DNA from: Scenedesmus sp. PABB004
Lineage: Eukaryota
Direction: 5' to 3'
Assembly: GCA_014905635.1 (NCBI GenBank)
Contig: JABVCE010000023.1
Location: 248,001 to 312,000, forward strand
DNA: 64,000 nucleotides
Shown here one piece after another: positions 36,873-47,590 of the stretch; position 1 is the first letter of the stretch; every line of letters starts with the position of its first letter. The notes under the pieces were generated by a model. The model saw nothing but the letters and a program-made list of their open reading frames with translations, did no database searches and was not told the DNA's origin. The translations under genes were made by a program, and so were the position numbers.

Positions 36873-39219
36873 GGGGCGGGCCGAGGCTGCCGAAGCTGCC
36901 GAGGCTGCCGCTGCCGCTGCCGCCGCTGGCGAGGCGGTTGAGCGCGGCCTGCTGCACCTGCGCCTGCGCGACATAGCCCATGAGTTCCTGGTCCACCTGC
37001 CACTCCTCGAGCTGCTCGGGCGTGAGGCCCTGCGGCGGCGCGCGCTCGCGCGGCGCCGCCGTCGCCGCCACGTGCGCGTGCAGCGCCTGCAGCTGCGCCT
37101 GCTGGTCCCGCAGCTGCGCCTGCAGGTGCGCCTGCCGCGCGTGCGCGGCGGCGGCCTGGCCGCCGCGCGGCGCGGGCGGCGCGTGGCCGAGCTTGGCGCC
37201 GGGGCTGGACGCCGCCGCCGCCGCCGCGGCCGCCAGCGCGGCGCCGTCGGCGCTGTTGATCCGCATCTTGCTGAGCCCGAGGCCCATGTTGTACTCCTCG
37301 GCGCTGTCGTCGCGCGCGAGGCCGGGCGGCCGGGGCGTGGGCAGGACGTCGAGCGGCAGGCAGGGCAGCCGCGTCGCGTGGCCCGCGTCCGACGGCACTG
37401 CCACCATGTCCGGCGGCACCGCGGGCGCCGCCGAGGGCCGCTTGCGCAGCTGCGACTGCGCCGCCGCGACCGCCCAGGCCGCCGCGGCCGCGCCGCCGCT
37501 GGCGCCGAGCATGCGCGCGTGCCAGCTGCAGCTGCAGCTGCTGCCGCCGCCCGCGCTGCCGGCGCCGCACGCGCTGCAGCCGCTCGCGCTGCAGCCGCTC
37601 GCGCTCAGGCTCAGGCTGCTGCTCGCGTCGGGCGGCAGCGCGTAGAAGCTCGCGGCGAGCTGGGGCGCGAGCTGCTGCGGCGCGCGAGCCGCGAGCGGCG
37701 GCAGCGGCGACGGCGCGCCGGCGCCCGCGCCGCCGAGGCCGCCGCTGCCGCCGCCGCCGCGCGCGCCGGGCCGGTGCGGCGCGCCGCCGTCGGCGCGCGC
37801 CTTGTAGTCCACCAGCATCGCGACGACCTCGGCGGCCATCGCGCACTGCCGGCGCCGCTGGCTGCCGGGCGCCTGGCGGGCGGCGTCGGCCAGCAGCTGC
37901 GCCCGCCAGGCCCTCAGCTCGCCAAGCGACACCTGCTCCAGGTTGCTCGCCGCGGCGATGCCCGGCGGCACGGGCAGGCCGGGCATCGCCGCCACCGCTG
38001 CCGCGACGCAGCCCGTCAGCCGGCTGCTGCTGATGCCCGCCGACCGCGCGGCGGCGGCGGCGGTGCTGCCGACGAGCGTGGCGCTCACGCTGGCGCTCGT
38101 GCTGCCGCCGCACGCGAGCGCGGCGGCGGCGGCGGCGCTGCTCACGTGCGCAGCGGCCGCCGCCTCGGCGGGCGTGTGCTGGCGCGGCGCGGGCGGCGCC
38201 GCCGGCTGCATGAGCTCGCGCAGCAGCACGTCCACCGCGTCCTCCTGCGCCGCCGACGCCGCCGCCGCCGACGCCGCGGCGTCGAGCATCACCTGGTCGC
38301 CGCCGCGGCGCGGGGCGCCCAGGCCCGCCGGCGCCGCCGCCTGGCCGGCCTGCCCCAGCGGCTGCCACGTGCCGCTGCCCGCCCAGCCGGCGTCGCCGCT
38401 GGCGGCCATGGCGTCGCTCGCCGCCTCGGCCGCGGCCCGGCTGCACGAGTCGCTGCAGCTCAGCTTGCGCTGCTTGCTCGTGCTGGCGCCGCCGCTGGGC
38501 TCGCCCGCGCCGACGCTGGCCGACGCGGAGCGCGTCGCGCCGCTGAGTGCGCCCGGCGCGCGGGAGCAGCTGCCCATCGTCGCGTCGCCCTCGCCGCTCG
38601 CGGCCTCCATCGCGCCGTCGTCCGCCTCGCTGCCGCCATCGTCGTCGTCGCCGTCGCCGTCGCCGCTCGCCGCCGCCGCCTGCGCGGCGCGGCGCGCCTC
38701 GGCCGCCACGCGGCTCGCCTTGCTGCTGGCCGCGGCGCTGCGGCGCTGGCGGCGCAGGCTGCGGTTGTTGATGCCCAGCTTGCGCCGGCGCTTGTTGTGC
38801 TCCTGCAGGCGCGCGCGGCAGCTGCGCTTCGTCCCGTCAAACGCCTCCACCGGCTCAAACTTGGCGCACTGCTGGCAGAAGCGCGAGGGCACGCCGTCGA
38901 CGCTGATCGCGAGGCAGCGCATGTGGGCCTCGCAGAGCATGAAGCGCTGGTAGTAGGGCTTCTGCTCGCGCAGCAGCGCGGTGCAGCCCTGCACCTTGCA
39001 CACCGCGTGCGCCAGCTGCACGCGCTCGCGCGGCCCCGCCGGCGGGCCGAGCACGGGCGGCAGCAGCGCCGGCGGCGGCGGCGCCGGCGCGCCGGCCGCG
39101 CCGCCGGGCGCCGCCTCGCCGGCCGCCTGGCTCGCCGCAGGCACCGCCACCAGGCGGTGCGGGTCCCACAGCACGTCCTCCGGCGCCCAGTGCATGCTCT
39201 CGGCCGGCGGCGGCTCCAT
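32286..39219 (-). CDS. Large SBP-box transcription factor of the SPL1/SPL7/CRR1 type with ankyrin-like region and multi-TM C-terminus; 3 exons (39219-34691, 34559-32469, 32338-32286)
   Basis: N-terminal W-x5-WDP motif (HWAPEDVLWDP). SBP domain CKVQGC...YYQRFMLCEAH...RFCQQCAKFEPVEAFDGTKRSCRARLQEHNKRRRK at about 38779-39000. Also LSLKLHDATP...GYMRPGCVHL, LLHRAVRS...GPAGLTPLHLAA, hydrophobic helices and ...RERVDR|AMFLAAIARRRACKAA*. Confidence 0.9.
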
Positions 39220-39886
39220 CGCCGCGGGCGCGCCGGCGGCAGCGACCGCCGCCTCGCCGCGCGCCGCCTGAGCGCGGGCGGGCGGCGCCGGGCGGCGGCG
39301 TGAGGCGCGAAGCGCGGCGGGAGGGCGGCGACCTCGCCCCGGAGGCGGCGGACAGGGCGCGGCAGGCCTGCACCAAATCGCTCGCCGGCCGGCCCGGGCG
39401 CGCCGCTGGGCCCCCCGCGCGCCCGCGCGCCGCGGCCAGCCACTGCCAAGCCAGTTCCGAGGCTCCACGGCCCCTCCCACGGCCCGCGCGCACCTGCACG
39501 GGGGCGCGTGTGGGCGCGCGCGCGCTGGAGCTTGTACTCGCTCCTCAGGGCGGCATTGTGGCCCGGTTGGAGACGAGCCGAGGCGTGCGCGGGCAGCGAA
39601 AGTGCGGGCGCGCCGGCAGCAGCGAGTCGATGGGGCTCAACCGAGCTGTGTCACGAGAGGGTTGAGTCGAGCTGCGCGGTGCCGGCGCCATCGCCTTGCC
39701 GCTCTGACCTCGGGCAGGAAGGCAGCGGGCCAGCGAAGACCGCCGGCCCCCCACCTCCGGCGAAGGGCCGTGTTGGTTGGCCCCCACGCGCCCGCAGCCA
39801 CCGCCGGGTGCTTCCCTGGGTCTGGATCGGGCCCGGCCGATGCGTGGCGGCGGCCGCTGAGCAGCCAGGCGGCGCCCAGGGCCGCG

Positions 39887-42800
39887 ATGGACGGAGGTGC
39901 GCGCCTGCGCCCGCCTGGCGCCCGCCGGCGCGCGCTGGCGGCCCTGATCGCCGCCCCACGCCGCCCGCAGAGGAGGCCGGCTACGTGCGGGCAAAGATCG
40001 GGGGCAAGGAGCAGGCGCGCGGCGGCGGCGCGCGCCGCCGCTGCAGCGGCGCGGCCGCCGCCCGCGCGCTGCGCGATCGGCGCGCGCCCACGCCGCGCCG
40101 CCCCTGCCGCCGCAGGGAGCCTTCGATGCGGGCGGCTTCTTCGGCGACATGGCGCCCCTGGACGACGGGCTCGGCGGCGCGCTGGAGGTGCGGCGGCGGG
40201 CCGCGCCGTCTGCGCCCCGCCCCCCTCTCCCCCGTCTGCGCTCGCGCTCACGCCGCCGCGCGCGCGCGCGCGCGGGGCGCAGGACGGCCTCGACGCCCCG
40301 CCCGAGGAGTGGCCGGCCGACGCGGGCGGGCTGGGCGACGACGACGACCTCCCGCTGGAGGCGCTGCTCGACGGCGGCGGCGACGACGACGATGATGAGG
40401 ACCTCTCCCTCGCGGCGCTGCTGGGACGGCAGATGCTCGCGGCCGAGGCGGGCGCGGGCGGCGAGGCGGGCAGCAGCAAGGTGCGGCGGCGCCGGGCGCG
40501 GCCGCGGCCGCACGCGGCGGCGGCGGCGGCCCGGCGACGCACGCGCCACACCGCGCCCGCGCCCGCGCGCCGCAGGCCGCCGAGCGCCGCGGCGCCTACG
40601 CCGCGCCGGCGGCGCAGCAGCCGCTGCTGCCGCCCATGCCGCCGCAGCCGCAGCTGCTGGGCCACCTCGCGGCGCACCACGCCCACCACGGCTCCGCGCC
40701 GCCCGCGATCCCGTCGACCGACGGGCTGCTGAGCAGCGAGGACGCGGTCGTGACGCCCGCGCCGCCGCCGGCGCCGGAGCCGCCGCGCCCGTCGACGGGG
40801 CCGCCGCGCAGCGCGATGCTGTCGGCCGCGGAGCTCGAGGCCCGCATGCTCTCGTCCGCCAACCAGGCGGCCACGCCGCCGCCCCAGCCGCGGGGCGGCG
40901 GGCTGCTGTCCATGCTCAAGGCGGGCGGCGGCACGCCCCAGCCGCAGCGCCTGCCCTCGCCGCTGCACGGCGGCCAGCCGGGGCCGGGCGGGCTGGCGCC
41001 GCCGCCGTTCCTCGGCGACATGCCGCCGGGCAGCCCGCTGGACCCGGCGCTGGCGCAGCACATGCAGCAGCAGCAGCAGCTCCTGCAGCAGCAGGCGCTC
41101 ATGCAGCGGCCGCCGCTGCCGCTCGGCGGCGGCGACGGCGGCGCGCTGCCGCCGGGCTACGGGGGCCTGCCGCCGCAGGCGTTTGGCGGCCCCGGCGCGC
41201 CGCCGCCGGGCGGGATGCTGAGGCCCCCGCCGCCCGGCTACGCGCCGCACATGGTGCCGCCGCCGCACCACCACCACCACCCGATGGGCCCCCCGCACGG
41301 CGCCCCGGGCATGCCGCCGCCGGGCTGGCCGCACGGCCCGCCGCCGCACGGCCCGCCGCCGCACGGCCCGCCGCCGCACGGGCCGCCGCCGCACGGCCCG
41401 CCGCCGCATGGCCCGCCGCCGCACGGCGTCATGCCGCCCAGGGGCCCCCCGCTGCCTGGTGCGTGGGCGCGCGCGGGGCAGGCGGGCGCGTGCTGCGCCG
41501 CGCCGGGCGGGGCTGGTGCGCGCGCGCCACTGCTCGGCCCGCCGACGCGCCCCCGCCGCCCGCGCCGCGCGCCGCAGGCCAGCTGATGATGCCGCCCCGG
41601 CCCATGATGCCGCCGCCGCCGCCGGGCTTCCCCGGCGCGCCGCCGCCCGGCGGCCTCAAGGGCGCGCTGCCGCCCGCGGAGCTGGCGGCGGCCGCGGCCG
41701 CGGCCGCAGCGCAGCACGCGGGCGCGCCCGGCGGCGCGCGCGGGCCGCCGCCGCCGCCGCAGCAGCCGAGCCCCGGCGGCGGCGGGGCGTGGGCGCGGCC
41801 GCTCGCGCCGCCGCCGGCGCCCCCGGGCGCCGCGCCGCCGCCGCCCGGCGGCGGCGCGGCCGCCTTTGGCGGCGGCTACGACCCCGCCGCGCCGGGGCCC
41901 GCGCCCGGCGGCGGCGCGCCCGAGCCGCCCGGCGCGCTCGTGCACCGCCTGCGCAGCGCGGGCAGCGCGCTGATGAGCGCTGATGAGATCAACTACATCC
42001 TGCGCATCCAGCACATGGCCACGCACGGCGGGCTGCCCTACGCGGAGGACTACTACTACCAGGTGTGTGTGTGTGTGCGCGTGGGTGGCTGTATGGGCGT
42101 GTGTGTGTGTGGGTGTGGGTGTGGGTGTGGGTGTGGGTGTGGGTGTGGGTGTGGGTGTGGGTGTGGGTGTGGGTGTGTGTGGGTGGTGGGTGTGGGTGGG
42201 TGTGGGTGTGCTTGGGTGTCTGTGTGTGTGTGTGTTGGCGTGTCGGGCGCGGGCGTGGCGTCAGGCGGGCGACGGCGGGCGTGGGTGGCACGGCAGGCGA
42301 TGCTGTGCCGTCGCCCGCCCTGCCACCCACGCCCGCCGCCTCCCTCCCCTCCCAACCGCGCGCGCGCGCGCTCACGCGCTCGCCCACGCGCTCACACACG
42401 CACACGCACGCTCACCTCCCCCCCCCCTCCTCTCGCCCCTTGAAAGCTCCGCCGCCCCCCCCCCCCTCCCCCCCCCCAGGCATACCTCAACAAGTACTAC
42501 GGCGCCCGCAACGCACTCGTGTTTGCGCCCGCGGAGCTGCGCCACCTGGAGGCCCCCGACGGCGGCGGCGACGGCGCCGCCCCCAAGTACGCCGACCTCG
42601 CGGGCCTCGGCAAGGTCGTGCTCTCAAACATTCGCACGCCGAAGCACCTCATGGACCTCAGCACCGCGCCAGCGCCCGCGCACGGCGCCGGCGGCGGCGG
42701 CGACGCGCCCGCGCGGCCGCTGGAGCAGGAGCCGATGCTCGCGGCGCGGATCATGATCGAGGACTGCATGCTCCTGCTCAGCGACGTGGAGGACATCGAC

Positions 42801-43934
42801 CGGACCTTTGCGTCCGCCGCCGCCGCCGCGGCGGGCGGCGGCGGCGGCGGCGGCCCGCCCGGCGCGCCCGGCCCGCTCGCGCCGGGCGCCGCGGGCGCGC
42901 TGCTCGCGCGCCGCGCCGCGCTGCTCGCGGGCATCGCGGCGAGCTTCCGCCTGCCCGACGCGCCGCTCGGCGCCGCTGCTGCTGGCGGCGGCGGCGGCGG
43001 CGGTGGTGACGGCGTGTTCCTCCGCCTCATGGCGCTGCCCAAGGGCCGCGCGCTCGTGTCCAAGACGCTGCGCCTGATGTTCAGCACGCCCCCCGCCGCG
43101 GGCGGCGGCGCCGGCGGCGGCGCGCGCGGCGGGCGGCAGCAGGCGCCGCCGCCGGCGGGCGCCGCGCCGCTGCCGGCGGGCGCCGAGAACGGCGCGCGCG
43201 CCGAGGCGGCCGCGTCGGCGGGGCTGGACGTGATCTGGGCGCTCCTGCGCAACGGCGAGCCCGCGTTTGGGCCCGCCGTCGCGGGCGGCGCGGGCGGCGA
43301 GGCCGAGCGGCGCCTCGCCGACGCGACGGTCGCGCTCTCGGCGGCGGCGGGCGAGATGGTCAAACGCCTGGCCGCGCCGGAGGACGCGGTCGCGTGCCTC
43401 TCCGCCGCGCTGGCGGGGCTCGACGCGGCGGCGGCGGCGGCGGCGGCGGCGGGGCAGGCGGGGCTGCTGCCGCTGTACCCCTGCGGCCGCGTGCCGCCCG
43501 ACGCGAGCCCTGAGTGGCTCGGCAGCATCCTCGCGGCCCTGCTGCTGCGCGCGAGCGAGCTCGGGCTCGGCAGCTTTGCCGCACGCGGCGCGGCGAGCCT
43601 GGGCGAGGGCTACGGCGCCGCGCGGCGCGCCGCCGACGCCGCCGACGACGACGCGGGCGCCGGCGGCGGCGCTCCGAGCGAGGGCGCGGCGGCCGAGTGG
43701 GCGCGCCTGGTGTCGCGCCTGGGCGAGCTCGTGAGCCGGCACCTGTGGGCCGTCATCAGCGCCCTCGGCGCCGGCGGCCGCGTGCCCGCGCCCGGCGCGC
43801 CGGGCGGCGGCGTCGACGTGCGGCCGATCAAGGCCAAGCTCGCGGCGGTGCCGCTCATGCGGGGGCTCATGGCCCACGCCGACCCGGCGGCGCAGGAGCA
43901 GCTGCGCAGCTACCTGGCCGAGCTCGCGCACTGA
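39887..43934 (+). CDS. PAT1: mRNA decapping activator PAT1
   Basis: Spliced N-terminal FDAGGFFG...LGGALE, a Pro-rich region, LMSADEINYILRIQHMATHGGLPYAEDYYYQ, LGKVVLSNIRTPKHLMDL, RPLEQEPMLAARIMIED and DGVFLRLMALPKGRALVSK. Confidence 0.92.
41332..41427 (+). repeat. 15-bp coding repeat (HGPPP) x6 in PAT1
   Basis: cacggcccgccgccg units. Confidence 0.9.
42063..42235 (+). repeat. (GT)n/(GTGTGG)n intronic satellite at the 5' end of a PAT1 intron
   Basis: Direct reading; the intron 3' end is C/CA-rich. Confidence 0.9.
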
Positions 43935-44647
43935 CGGACGGGGGGGGGGGGGGGGGGGCGGCGGGGCGGCGGCGCGGCCGGCTGCGCGCACGGTCAGCGG
44001 CGCGCCGCGCACGCGCGCGCGCGGTCGGCGTGTGATCAGCGCCGCGCGCGTGCGCGGCCATGACCTAGGGAGGCGGGGAGGTGGGCAGGGCAGGGCAGGC
44101 GGGGATGTGCGCGCCCCCGGCACGGGGCATAGAGCTACCGCAGCGCCGCGGCGCCGCGCCGAGTTTTTCAGGCGCGGCGCGGCGCGAGCCCGTGCAACGC
44201 AACGCGCCGCCTTTTTGCAGGCGCCGCCGGGCTTCTTCTCTCTTTGCTTTGCGGGCCGGATCCGGGGGGCTGGCGGGCTGGCGGGGCAGGTGGGGCGGGT
44301 GTGGCGGGGACGGGGGTGCGGCGACGGGCGGGGCGGTGTGTGTGTGCAGGTCGAGCGCGGCTGCGGTCGGGGAAGACGGTCGGTCGATGTGACGTCGTTT
44401 TTGAAGCGGTCAAAATCGATCGATCCTGCGCGTTTCCAGCGGTGAGCTCTGCGCCACCCCGAGCCATCTCTCGAAAACACGCCGTTGCTCTGCGCGCGCT
44501 CTCTGCCCAACAGCGTGCGCGCTCGACAACGCCGCCGGCCGCCGCCTGCTGCGCTCGCGCGGCAGCTCCGCCCTCGCGCGTGCCTCCACGAGCCTCGTCT
44601 GCCGTGGCTGGCGAGCGCCTGGCACGGAGCAGCACGGCGCCGCTGCG

Positions 44648-47499
44648 ATGATCGGGCAGCTGCCGCGGCGGCGCGGCGGCGCCGACTGCAGCAGAAGCAG
44701 CCACGACAGCCTGGACGCCACCGCACAGTCGCTGGCGGCGCGCCTGGCCGCCGCCCAGGAGCAGCCGCGGCAGCCGCAGCCGCTGGGCACGAGCGACGCG
44801 CGCAAGGTGCTCAAGCTGCTGCGGCGGCTCGCACGGGACAAGGAGGTGCTCAGCGGGCAGGTGGAAACGCTGCTGGATTCGCAGGCCCGGCTGCTGGGGC
44901 AGCTGCAGGCGGCGCCGCCGCCCGCGCACGACGCGGCCGGCGACGACGCCGAGGCGGCGCTGCACGCGGCGCTGCAGGAGCTGCAGCGCGAGGTGGAGGA
45001 GCATGAGGAGGGCGAGGAGGAGCAGCAGCCAGGCGCGGCGGCAGCAGCACCAGCAGTGGTGGTCGATGCAGCGAGTGCGTGCGACGCTGCAGTGCGGTGC
45101 GCGGAGCAGGCGGCGGCAGAGGAGCAGGCTGCGGCGGCGGCGGAGCAGGCGCAGGCGGCGTCGGCGGCCGTGGTGGCGGACCAGGCGGTGACGATTGCTG
45201 AGCTCAAGCGCGTCATTGCGGAGCTGGAGAAACAAACCGGCCTCCTCCGCGGCCAGGCCGCGCGGGCGTCGAGCGCGGCCGCGGCCACGGCGGCGGCGCA
45301 GGCGCGCCTGGCGGAGCAGGAGGCCGAGCTCGGCGCGCTGCGGCGCGAGCAGGCCGCGTTGCAGGAGCGAGCTGAGGTGCGGCGGCGAGGGGCGCCGCGC
45401 AGTGGAGCCGCGCCTGTGCCGCGCGTGCACTGCGCTGCGCGCGTGCCGACCGCCCGCCACGCGTTCGCCCGCCTCAGGCTGCGGTGCGCGAGGCGGTGCG
45501 CGCCACGTCAGCGGCGGAGCAGGAGCGAGACGCGCTGCGCGCGGCGCTGGCCGAGGAGGCTGCGCGCCGCGCGGCGGCCGAGCGGGCGGCGGACGCGGCG
45601 CGGCAGCAGGCGGCGGGGCAGCAGGACGCTGGTGCGTGCGGGGCGGGCGCAGCGGCGCGGCGCCGCAGCGCGGGCGCGCCGACCCGCGCCTCGCCCACCC
45701 GCGGCCGCAGAGGCGTCCGAGGCGGCGCGGCTGCGCGAGGAGCGAGGCGCGCTGATGCAGAGGCTGCAGGAGGCGAACGAGGAGGTCAGCGGCCTGCATG
45801 CCGAGCTGGGCCCCGCGCTCCTCCGCGGCTCGCCCGGCCGCCGCAGCAGCGCGGTCACGCGCGGGCACAGCCTGCTGGCGGGGTCGCCAGGCCGACTCTC
45901 CGTGTGGGCGCCGCCGGCAGCCGAGCAGGGCGGCGCCGGCAGCCCGGGCGCCCGCGGCGGGGTCGCCGCGGACGGGGCCGGCGCGGCGCCGCCGCTGTCG
46001 GGCGCCGGCGCAGCCGCCGCCGCGCTGGAGGACCTGGCCGAGCTCCAGGCAGCATACCGCGAGCTGCAGCAGCAGCATGGCACGCTGCAGGCCGCACACA
46101 AGCTGCTGCAGCAGGAGGTCCACGCCCAGGCGCAGGCCGACCTGGCGGCGGACGGCGGCACCGAGGGTGGCGCGTTGGCACAGCAGGCGGCGGCGGAGCA
46201 GCAGCAGCAGCTGATGCTGGCGATGGCCGCCGACAACGCACGCCTCGCGGCGGCGCTGGCGCTGGCGCTCGCGCAGAGCGAGTCGACGGCGCAGCGCGCG
46301 CCGGGCGCAGCAGGCGGGCAGGGCGAGGAGGCGCGGCAGCAGCAGCTCCAGCTGCTGGTGAGCCAGCTGGCTGTGGCGCACGACCAGGCGGCGGGCGCGG
46401 CGGAGCTCACCGAAGCGCAGCAGCGCCGAATCGCGGCGCAGCAGGAGCAGCTGGCGGCGCTGGCGGACGAGCGCGGCGAGCTGCAGGCGGGGCACCTGTC
46501 GCAGACGCGCGCGGCAGTGGCCGCCGCGCTCGAGGCCGCGGCGCTGCCGGGTCGGCCGGCGAGGCGGCGGCCCTGGACGAGAGTTTCGGCCTGAAGCTGC
46601 GCCTCGCGCAGCAGGCAGACGCGGCGCGTCCGCGCGGCGTAGCGGCAGCGCTGGACGCAAAGGTCAGGGCGCTGCGGGGCGAGCTGGCGCGCATGGCGAC
46701 AGAGCTGGCGCAGGCGCGCGGCGCGGCGGCGGCGCCGCCGCGGGGCGGTGAGGGGCCCGCGTCGCCGGGCGCGCACTGCTCCGTGCCGCTCGTGCCTGGC
46801 GGCGGCAGTGGCGGGGCCGGCCCCAAGGTCAGCTGGTCACCGCAGGTGCGTGTGGACGCCTGCGACGCCGGCCCCGGCTCGCCCCAAGCCGCGGCGCCTG
46901 CGGCCGAGGCAGCAGCGAGCGGCAGCCGCGCGAGCTCGCCGGCCCTGGGCCAGCAGGGCGCCGGCGGCTCGCCGCGGCCGGCGGCGCCCCCGTCGCCCGG
47001 CGGCGACCGAGCTGCACTCGTTGTGGCAGTGTTGGAGAGGCAGCGCTCGAGGGCCAGCTCGCCCAGCGCCGCACTGCCGGCGCCAGCTGCCGGCGAGCAG
47101 CCGCCGCCGCCGCCGGAGGCGGAGCGCAGCGCCGGCGGCGGCAAGGCCGAGCTGCTGGCCGCGGTGCTGCAGCGGTCGCGCAGCCGCTCGACGGCGGCCA
47201 GCCCCGCGCCGCAGGACTCCGGCGGCCTGCCGCCAGGCCGGGATCGGGCGGCGCTCATCGCCGCGGTGCTTCAGCGACGGAGCCGCGCTGCCGGCAGCGG
47301 TGGTGAGATGGGGCCGAGGAGCCTCAGCGCAGAGTGTTCGGCCGGCTCCCTGGGCTCGGCGGACGGCGCCGGCGCGGCGGGCGCCCGGGGTCCGCTGAGC
47401 CCCGGCGCGGCTGCGCAGACGCAGGCCGCGGGCGGCGACCGCGCCTCTATCGTGGCCAAGGTTCTCGCCAGGCACAACCTCGCGGCGGGCGGACGCTGA
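44648..47499 (+). CDS. Coiled-coil protein of unknown function with four C-terminal D/K-R-A-x-L-x-x-x-V-L-x-R repeats
   Basis: Exons 44648-45376, 45478-45631 and 45711-47499. Heptad-like E/Q/A/L-rich segments. One -1 frame switch at about 46535-46550 is needed to reach the C-terminus. Confidence 0.65.
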
Positions 47500-47590
47500 G
47501 GTGGCGCGTTGCGGCGGGCGGTGCGGTGCGCTCGAGTGCAACGGCCCGGGCGCTTGCAACTTTGAAGCAGAGCCGCCGCGGCCGGCGCGC

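Noticed and set aside
32286..39219. Naming the SBP gene CRR1
   Set aside because: It shares the family motifs but lacks the C-terminal metallothionein-like tail, and algae have many SBP paralogues. Orthology needs a phylogeny.
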